A stretch of DNA of 64,000 nucleotides. It comes from a virus. Lineage: Duplodnaviria > Caudoviricetes. Below, one piece after another: positions 29,618 to 36,306 of the stretch. The stretch lies in the IMG/VR virus record IMGVR_UViG_3300032307_000764, positions 160,001-224,000 of that record. One strand, 5' to 3'. The first letter of the stretch is position 1; each line of letters opens with the position of its first letter. A program made the position numbers and the translations under genes. Below the pieces are notes generated by a model. It ran no database searches. It had not been told where the DNA came from and saw only the letters and a list, made by a program, of their open reading frames with translations.

Positions 29618-30007
29618 ATGCGAATCTTAATTTTATCAGTGTTACTAATGGTAATTACCAGCTTCACCACAGTAACACTAGCTGCTATCCCTAGCAGCCA
29701 AGGCCTGGTTACCGATACAGTGTTAAAGAAGTATTCATACTTAGACACTTCAAAGGTAATCAACACTGAACAGCTCAAGATTGACCCAAGGTGGGTTCAA
29801 GGGCTATCTAATATTTCAAATTACAAACCCATCCTACATATTGACCCTGGCAGCCAGGACACGGTTTCTAATTATACTTTAGCTCGAATCACAGAACCAA
29901 TATTACACATCGACCCTGGCAATCAGGAATTTGGTTCTCTATACAACTATAATTCATTAGCTATTTTTAAGGAACCTGTACTACACATTGACCCCGGTCG
30001 TGATTAA
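29618..30007 (+). CDS. Secreted protein with three P(I/V)LHIDPG repeats
   Basis: Signal peptide MRILILSVLLMVITSFTTVTLAA; repeats differ at synonymous sites. Confidence 0.75.
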   Translation: MRILILSVLLMVITSFTTVTLAAIPSSQGLVTDTVLKKYSYLDTSKVINTEQLKIDPRWVQGLSNISNYKPILHIDPGSQDTVSNYTLARITEPILHIDPGNQEFGSLYNYNSLAIFKEPVLHIDPGRD

Positions 30008-30202
30008 GAAATAAAAAAAAAGAAAAGACTCTTCGGAGTCTTTTTTTGTGGCCCAAGGGTTTAAGGCAAATAAGGCAAACAAGGAAGTGCTCCTGAGGAA
30101 CCCCCGTACATCTTCCATCAATCATTTTTTTATTTAGAGAAAAATCCATACATTTATACTAGCCAATTAAAAATATTATTACCTTTACCTAAACAAAAAG
30201 AC

Positions 30203-30379
30203 ATGAAAGTAAAAATAGGAGAAAAGATTTACGATTCAGAAAAAGAACCTATTATGGTGATATTATCAGATGCAGACAAAAAAAATATTCACAATATGTT
30301 ACCAACAGCAACAAAATATTGTAGTTTTCCTGATGAAATCCCAACAGAAGATATAAAAGAATTTATGAAGACCACATAA
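30203..30379 (+). CDS. 58-aa hypothetical protein
   Basis: Manual translation MKVKIGEKIYDSEKEPIMVIL... Confidence 0.65.
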   Translation: MKVKIGEKIYDSEKEPIMVILSDADKKNIHNMLPTATKYCSFPDEIPTEDIKEFMKTT

Positions 30380-30388
30380 TCATAATAC

Positions 30389-30488
30389 AGTCAGGTGGTG
30401 TAATTGGTAACACGGGGTTCGAGTCCCCAATCTTCTCGAAGGGAAGATAAAGGCTGGCAAGATACAGGTTCGAGCCCTGTCCTGACTA
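30389..30488 (+). tRNA. Atypical ~100-nt tRNA-like gene (nominal anticodon CGA, Ser-like; no encoded CCA)
   Basis: 7-bp acceptor AGTCAGG/CCTGACT, D-arm GTGT-AATTGGTA-ACAC, T-arm ACAGG-TTCGAGC-CCTGT; GGGG-TTCGAGT-CCCC at the anticodon position plus a 35-nt extra region. Confidence 0.65.
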
Positions 30489-30553
30489 CAAAATCATTTT
30501 TTTAATTGGAAGTAATTCCTTACATTTATACTAACCAATTAAAACAAAACAAA

Positions 30554-30709
30554 ATGAAAACACACAAATTAGTTTACCCACTAGCTTACACTTCACTCTT
30601 CACATTAGTAATAGGAGCAATCCTAATGGTAGGAGGAAATCACATAGGAGATTATATGGTTGCAGGAGGTGCAATCGTAGCAACATTACTCATGCACAAA
30701 TTAGATTGA
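30554..30709 (+). CDS. Small two-TM protein
   Basis: ATG 30554 after promoter and leader. Confidence 0.65.
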   Translation: MKTHKLVYPLAYTSLFTLVIGAILMVGGNHIGDYMVAGGAIVATLLMHKLD

Positions 30710-30853
30710 GTTTGATTGGTTAACACATACAACTCAAATCAGAAAGACCAGCTTCCTCCAGCTGGTCTTTTTTTGTGGACCTTTGACAAATCTTTAAGAA
30801 GACAACTGGAACTTAGCAGGAACCCCCGATATATAAGAGATAACAACAACATT

Positions 30854-31069
30854 ATGAAAGAGTATCTTTTATCAATCAAGAATGGTGAAACCATCAACAC
30901 AATCAAAGCACATACACTAGAAGAAGCAATTCTCTACTTTGCAAAGGTTAAAAACCTATCACAAGATTCATTATTAGACATCTATAGTGTTAATCCTAGA
31001 CCATTCACAATAAACCTTGCTGATTATTGTGAAGCTCATAAAATAGATCCTTACATGCAAACTAAGTGA
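30854..31069 (+). CDS. Hypothetical protein (late-type promoter)
   Basis: ATG 30854 after GATATATA at 30828; the track start 30716 spans a terminator. Confidence 0.65.
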   Translation: MKEYLLSIKNGETINTIKAHTLEEAILYFAKVKNLSQDSLLDIYSVNPRPFTINLADYCEAHKIDPYMQTK

Positions 31070-31266
31070 TAGTAAGTATTCCTTATTCCTAAGGTTTACA
31101 TCCCTATTTTCCAGATAATAGTATACTAGCATAAGTCTGAGGAGGTACCCCATTCTATTTTACCATAGCTTAACATAAGGTTTACCATAGCCTAGCATAA
31201 GCTCCTGAGGAACCTCCCTAAGGATACTAAAAACAAGTAACAGGATATATACAATAAAACACAACC

Positions 31267-31494
31267 ATGGAATTACTAAGATTTGAAGATTACATCAACG
31301 AAAATAACAACATATCTGAACAAGAAGATATGATGATTAAAAATTTTAAAACTGATGTTCAAAGAGTACTTATGCAAGACACAGTAGCTAGACCTAACTT
31401 TGCGGAAGGAACCTTCGGGAGTAGACCAGCATCTTTACCAGAAATGATCTCTTCTCTAGAATCTATTATTGCTGATTATAAATCTAAGATGTAA
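31267..31494 (+). CDS. Tag protein MELLRFEDYINE
   Basis: GATATATA at 31244; N-terminal tag. Confidence 0.7.
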   Translation: MELLRFEDYINENNNISEQEDMMIKNFKTDVQRVLMQDTVARPNFAEGTFGSRPASLPEMISSLESIIADYKSKM

Positions 31495-31705
31495 AGTTAA
31501 CCACATACCTACAAAAAGAGATCTTAGGATCTCTTTTTTTGTGACCATAAGACTTACCATAAGCTCCTGAGGAACCCCAGAAAAGATCAGCATAGCTCCA
31601 GCATTATATCTTACATTAGCTGCATGGGATACTGGATCTGGGCTGATTAGAATCATTTTTTATATTGTGGAATTTTCCATACATTAGCTAAACAAACAAT
31701 TAGCT

Positions 31706-31909
31706 ATGAGTGAAAGTAACTTTGAAAAGAATCTCAAAAAGAAGAACCCTGATATTGACATTAATAGGATGCTGAATATCTTTGATGCGAAGATAGAAGA
31801 GGTACAGGCATCACAGGGACTTGAAGAGATTAGATTACCCTTAGGATGTGATCTCAATAAAGCAATCTTTGCTTCTGTGCTTTCAGAATACTTAAACACA
31901 AAAATATAA
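31706..31909 (+). CDS. Hypothetical protein
   Basis: 67 aa with its own promoter. Confidence 0.65.
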   Translation: MSESNFEKNLKKKNPDIDINRMLNIFDAKIEEVQASQGLEEIRLPLGCDLNKAIFASVLSEYLNTKI

Positions 31910-32005
31910 CATCAATGTGGGTTTTTAATATAACATCAATTGGAGTTTTTTTCATTCTATTTTTAATTCTTTGCCTAATGGCAGGTCTTGCAATTGGCTT
32001 GATCA

Positions 32006-32335
32006 TTGGAGATAGTAGAAACAATCTACCGGGTCATAGAAACCCACCACCTCCTCCAACAAAAAAAAAGGATGAAGTTTAATGAGTTCTGTCATAGAAT
32101 ATGTGATGGTCTATATGATCCACGATTCCCTATGGAAGACCAATGCTCTGGCTATCACCAACTAAGAAACGTAGTACTTAACAAAATCCCTCCACACCCT
32201 TTAGAAATAAAAGACTGGCTGGATGATCCAGAAGCACCACCACCACAAGAAAGATATCTAAGAGCACTACACCCAAAGCTAAGAAAATTCGTTATAGATA
32301 ATTGGGACAAAATAAAAGAACTAGAGGTTGATTGA
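32006..32335 (+). CDS. Hypothetical protein
   Basis: Start uncertain (TTG 32006 or ATG 32072). Confidence 0.6.
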   Translation: MEIVETIYRVIETHHLLQQKKRMKFNEFCHRICDGLYDPRFPMEDQCSGYHQLRNVVLNKIPPHPLEIKDWLDDPEAPPPQERYLRALHPKLRKFVIDNWDKIKELEVD

Positions 32336-32544
32336 TTAACACCACATCCGCTAAAAAAAGAAAGAGACTAACTGTCTCTTTTTTTGTGACCTAATCTTAC
32401 CCAAATGCTTACCAGATAATCTGCTGGGGTTCCCCAGTACATCTACCAGCATTAACTTAGGACCTCATAACATATTCCAAGAATCATTTTTTATATTGTA
32501 GAAAAATCCATACATTTACTCTATAACCAATTAAACAAAACAAA

Positions 32545-32928
32545 ATGATTATCTTCACTTCAAACATTACAAAAGTACAGGTATACCCTAAATACAGACC
32601 AAAAATCTATGAATCATCCTTAGCATATAGAAAGGACTACAAAAAGCGAGTAGGAACCAAATTCTTGTTCTTTCCAGTCTATGAAATAGTACCTCACGCA
32701 GTTATCCATGAAGGAGGATTATTTAATTCAACTGAAGAGTTTGAGTGTGATCTAAAAGACTTCAAAAGTGATTACTACTACTTCGAAGATGGTGTACTAT
32801 ATGAAAACCCACATTGCACCATCTATATGAACGATCGTTCTAGCAAAGAGGTACACTTTGAAACAGTAGACGAGCTAAATGCCTATGTAGAAGAGCTCAA
32901 ATCTAAAGCCCCACATATCATTGTTTAA
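32545..32928 (+). CDS. Hypothetical protein (last island gene)
   Basis: 127 aa with its own promoter. Confidence 0.75.
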   Translation: MIIFTSNITKVQVYPKYRPKIYESSLAYRKDYKKRVGTKFLFFPVYEIVPHAVIHEGGLFNSTEEFECDLKDFKSDYYYFEDGVLYENPHCTIYMNDRSSKEVHFETVDELNAYVEELKSKAPHIIV

Positions 32929-33039
32929 ACCCCCCTTAAAACACACATTATATATGAAGTAACTTATCATCCATATATCACATCTAAAGGCTCTTAAACA
33001 AGCCTAAAACAACACCCAAGGTATCACTAAAATATACCC

Positions 33040-33785
33040 TCCCCGAAGGCCTCCCAAGAAGAGGCCTTTTTTAATGCCCCTAGGAATCCCTACCAGCTAG
33101 GGATAAATCTGAGGGGGTTCCCCCAATTGGGACAACATTTAAAAAGCAAGGATATCAGGGTATACCCCAGTAGCATAGGCAGCATAAATGCTCCGGGGAA
33201 CCCCCATTTAAAACACCTATAAAACACCTTGGAAACACCCCTGGATAGGCCCTTAAAATAGGGGTCCAAAATGCCTAAAAAGGACCCCTAAAATAGGGGG
33301 TAAAAACGGGGGGAGAGACCCCTAAAATAAGGGGGGCTAAAAGGGGTAAAAAGGCCCTTAAAATAGGGGGTAAAACAGGGGGCTAGGACCCTAAAAACGG
33401 GCCTTATATACGTATACTATATAGGGGGGGATAAAAATGTAATTGATCCCTTAGTCGGCCTGTTTCTAAATTTCTACGTGCGGGCCCATACCCCCTTTTT
33501 AGGGATTCGCCTCGAAATCTTGGCTACTATCTTGGATAGATCTTGGCTACCCCCCTAAAGGGTAAATCCTGTAGGTGTTCCCATTTTAGAAATTTGCGTG
33601 CGTATCGGAAAGGGGTGTTTTTAGGGTTCGCCTCGGGCCTTACTATGTTGATCCAGCACTACGCGCGCGAAGAAGGGGGGTAAACCCTCAAAAACCCTTG
33701 GTGTTCAGTTTTGAAAATTTTACGTGCGGGGCGGAACAGGGGTTTCCTAGGGCTCGCCTCGATTACTCTTTGATATATAGAGTAT
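33040..33785. repeat. Right non-coding repeat block (island boundary)
   Basis: ACACC x3 at 11-nt phase (33213, 33224, 33235); CCC(C/T)TAAAATA(A)GGGG x4 (33250-33370); three ~122-125-nt degenerate repeats starting 33468, 33590, 33715, each with CGTGCG and TAGGG..TCGCCTCG. Confidence 0.8.
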
Positions 33786-34140
33786 GTCTAAGATCAATCA
33801 CGTATTCGGTAACATACAGGTGTTTCATGAGGATCTTCCTAGTGGTAGGGATTATAATAGATATAAATCTTTATGTTTGGCTTTAAAAGGAGATGGATGG
33901 AGAATACCTACTATACAGGAGCTTACTTATCTTTATGGTTTACATGAATTGAATATCTTAGGATTTAATCCTCATGGATCTTATTATAGTTCAACTAATC
34001 GTATTAATTCTCTTGGCCAAGTAAAGACGCATATTTTAGAATGTATTTATTTTGGAGATGGTACATTAATAGGCGGTTCCATTTTAGCATATAAAGATGA
34101 TTTTCTAGTGAGACCTGTTAGGGATATAAGTTTTTTATGA
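33784..34140 (+). CDS. DUF1566/Lcl-like (C-type lectin fold) small protein
   Basis: GWRIPTIQEL...YYSST...LVRPVRD. Confidence 0.75.
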   Translation: MSKINHVFGNIQVFHEDLPSGRDYNRYKSLCLALKGDGWRIPTIQELTYLYGLHELNILGFNPHGSYYSSTNRINSLGQVKTHILECIYFGDGTLIGGSILAYKDDFLVRPVRDISFL

Positions 34141-34463
34141 TGAGGAGTTACAATCTAGGTATAATAGAGGTTCTTGATCTTTCTGATCTTGGTGTTATGA
34201 GTTACAAAAGGGCTAGTAAGATTAAGAAGGATAGGTATGGTTATGATGGTCGTCGATGGAGATTCCCTACTATGAAAGAGATGGATTATATTAGAAATCT
34301 GAGTAGGAGTCTTGGTGTTCATATAGCGGATTACAGATATTATTGGACTTCTACGAGTCCTTATCAGTCTTCCACTCTGGGATATCATATGGAGACAGGT
34401 ACTGGTAGTTTGATTAAGGATACAACTGCGGCTTGTAAAATGATCTTGATTCGGGATTTGTAA
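34137..34463 (+). CDS. DUF1566/Lcl-like small protein
   Basis: WRFPTMKEM...YYWTST...MILIRDL. Confidence 0.7.
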   Translation: MMRSYNLGIIEVLDLSDLGVMSYKRASKIKKDRYGYDGRRWRFPTMKEMDYIRNLSRSLGVHIADYRYYWTSTSPYQSSTLGYHMETGTGSLIKDTTAACKMILIRDL

Positions 34464-34482
34464 TCTTTATATAGATATATAA

Positions 34483-35040
34483 ATGAAAATGTTAAAAATG
34501 AAGCACGTTAAATTATTCGAGCAATTTATAAGTTCTGAATCAGGTATGAATCCTGTAATTCTGGCAAGAGTTGATTATTCTAAGATAACCGAGGGTGGAG
34601 AAGCTCCTCATGGTTTTTGTCAGCCGAATGCTTACTATGTTTACTATTACACAAACGGTTTACCTCCGGAGTTATCATTTTATGATGACAAGGTTAAAGA
34701 ATCATCTGTTGAAGACCCAACTAGTGCTGCTGAATTAATATTAACTGCAGACCAAAATGGACTTTATATGTTACAACATAAGGGATTAGTATTTCGTGTT
34801 GATCCTAGTTTCTCTCCTGAGGATTACAAGAATGAATTAGAAAAATTTATAACTAGCTTTAATGAAAACCCTGAGGGGTATGAAGGTGATACGTGCTATC
34901 AATTTTTAGAAGATGAAAGAATGAAAAATATCCTTACTCCTGAATTTTTAGCACACTGTGAGGCAATTACTACGGGAAGCTCAACAAACACAATGGAGCC
35001 AAGGATAGAATTAGTTTTCAAAGTGGATCAGTTAGATTAA
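34483..35040 (+). CDS. Tag protein MKHVKLFEQFISSE, unknown body
   Basis: GATATATA at 34474; start could be ATG 34498. Confidence 0.8.
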   Translation: MKMLKMKHVKLFEQFISSESGMNPVILARVDYSKITEGGEAPHGFCQPNAYYVYYYTNGLPPELSFYDDKVKESSVEDPTSAAELILTADQNGLYMLQHKGLVFRVDPSFSPEDYKNELEKFITSFNENPEGYEGDTCYQFLEDERMKNILTPEFLAHCEAITTGSSTNTMEPRIELVFKVDQLD

Positions 35041-35205
35041 ATCATACCATATAAAAATCAAAAAGACCTTCGGGTCTTTTTTTGTGAGATAATGATTTGC
35101 CCTCCGGGCCCTAGATTTTTCTACAGTTCTTAAAATCGGCCCTGGGGGCCGTGATCTTAGACTGCTTTGAATTCACTTTGATTTTCACGGATATATAAGT
35201 AAGAT

Positions 35206-36267
35206 ATGAAACATATAAAGACTTTCGCTGCTCTAAATGAATCTTTACAAGATTCTTCTGAGATTTTAGATTTTATTAAAAACTCTCCAGAAGGAAGGGA
35301 CTTACTTAAGGTTAGTAAATACCCCACGTTCGAAGAGAATTTCGAGGCCAAAAGATCCGGTAGAGTACATTGTAACGGAATAGGATCTAAGACCTATGTA
35401 GAAAAAACACCTAGGGGATATTGCTTTCAGAGTCTTTCGAATGGTAAAATATTTGGTCAAGAATGTTACCCAACTATTGAAGAATGTATAAGAAAATTAT
35501 GGTCTAATGCAGTTAGTAAATATGTGACTAATAATTACGGTGTTAAAAAACAAGAAATTAGAGATTGGGTATTAGTGAATATACCTGTAGGTAGTGAATT
35601 AGGAAATAAGGAGATATTGGATTCTTTTAGTGAAGCATCTAAAAAAGAAGCTCCAGATTTTGAAGAGATTATTAAAAAAAGCAGATCGATTAGAATTCTT
35701 GAGGATGTATTTGGAGCTAGATTCGCTCGTGCAGAAAATAAGCTAAATCCTAATGATGTCATTTACAAATCAGGACCCATTAATCTTTTTCAACCATTCG
35801 GATTAGATATTTGCGATAATGAAGAAAATCCGTATACTTTCTCTGTAGAGGTTAAGGTTAATCTATCTGGGAAAAATAAATCATCCACTGATTATAATAA
35901 TAATAATAATATAATTTTAGGTGATCCTTCTACCGCTTTAAAATATTTAGATAAAGTTATTCCACCATGGGCTTTAAAAATAGTTGAAAATCCTAGTAAA
36001 TTTATATACTATAGGACTCCTAAGACTTCTCCTGAATTAATAGAATTGTTAAGGAGTCTTTTTCTTAATAACACCGTAGGGTCAACAGTTTATGATGCTT
36101 TAGATAATGCTTTATCAAGTATTAAATCAAGTAATCCCCTCGCATTTGAATCTGTTATAAAAAAATTAGAATCCGCTGGAGCATTTCCTGAATTAACTAG
36201 TAAGTACAGAGAATCCGAAAGCGGTACACTAAAAGGAGCATCTATTCTAAATAGATTTGGTATTTAA
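35206..36267 (+). CDS. Tag protein MKHIKTFAALNES with C-terminal LKGASILNRFGI
   Basis: GATATATA at 35190. Confidence 0.8.
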   Translation: MKHIKTFAALNESLQDSSEILDFIKNSPEGRDLLKVSKYPTFEENFEAKRSGRVHCNGIGSKTYVEKTPRGYCFQSLSNGKIFGQECYPTIEECIRKLWSNAVSKYVTNNYGVKKQEIRDWVLVNIPVGSELGNKEILDSFSEASKKEAPDFEEIIKKSRSIRILEDVFGARFARAENKLNPNDVIYKSGPINLFQPFGLDICDNEENPYTFSVEVKVNLSGKNKSSTDYNNNNNIILGDPSTALKYLDKVIPPWALKIVENPSKFIYYRTPKTSPELIELLRSLFLNNTVGSTVYDALDNALSSIKSSNPLAFESVIKKLESAGAFPELTSKYRESESGTLKGASILNRFGI

Positions 36268-36306
36268 CATATTAATTCATAATGTATAGAACACGTTAAT
36301 AAAACT

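Larger units (their letters stand above)
1151..32520 (+). promoter_or_regulatory. Family of ~40 early-type promoters AATCATTTTTT-N18-TANATT(T/A)G
   Basis: Examples with 29-nt offset from AATC to the TA box: 1151/1180, 6178/6207, 7702/7731. Further copies near 3090, 3377, 3804, 4881, 6669, 7017, 8189, 8647, 8967, 9622, 11933, 12272, 12662, 14301, 14394, 15491, 17247, 17696, 18119, 19221, 20322, 20576, 21276, 21737, 22777, 23503, 24681, 25135, 25842, 26635, 27287, 28330, 29300, 29553, 31651, 32481. The TTTG form matches the Bacteroidota sigma-A -7 box TAnnTTTG. Confidence 0.9.
2287..33072 (+). terminator. Family of ~28 intrinsic terminators, most ending TTTTGTG
   Basis: GC hairpin plus T-run at ~2287, 2941, 4763, 6072, 7530, 8157, 8615, 9505, 11270, 14174, 15449, 17093, 18031, 19133, 20205, 24507, 25044, 25724, 26860, 27647, 28181, 28742, 30023, 30743, 31514, 32361, 33046; GGAGACTTCGGTCTCC recurs identically 4 times. 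Confidence 0.9.
2803..33205. repeat. Dispersed dyad box GRGG-WW-CCYC (GGAACCCC), ~30 copies
   Basis: Copies at 2803, 3037, 4831, 6136, 7607, 9567, 11333, 11880, 14241, 17155, 17642, 18091, 19193, 20268, 24573, 25105, 25788, 26922, 27713, 28246, 28805, 28891, 29009, 30093, 30817, 31137, 31205, 31567, 32424, 33109, 33193; both orientations; intergenic except 11880. Confidence 0.9.

Noticed and set aside
4763-31580. Intergenic repeats with unique intervening sequence as a CRISPR array
   Set aside because: Repeats are degenerate and the 'spacers' are whole genes of 0.2-2 kb; no cas genes in the window.
31903-31950. 24-nt tandem repeat AATATAACATCAAT as a regulatory iteron
   Set aside because: Only two copies, AT-rich, not seen elsewhere; likely a local duplication.
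2287-33072. Cassettes as a true integron (attC sites)
   Set aside because: No consistent RYYYAAC/GTTRRRY core sites, no IntI gene, and the cassettes carry their own promoters.
104-33784. Invertible segment or transposon defined by the 15-bp inverted repeat
   Set aside because: The repeat is essentially the late promoter itself, and no recombinase or transposase is present.
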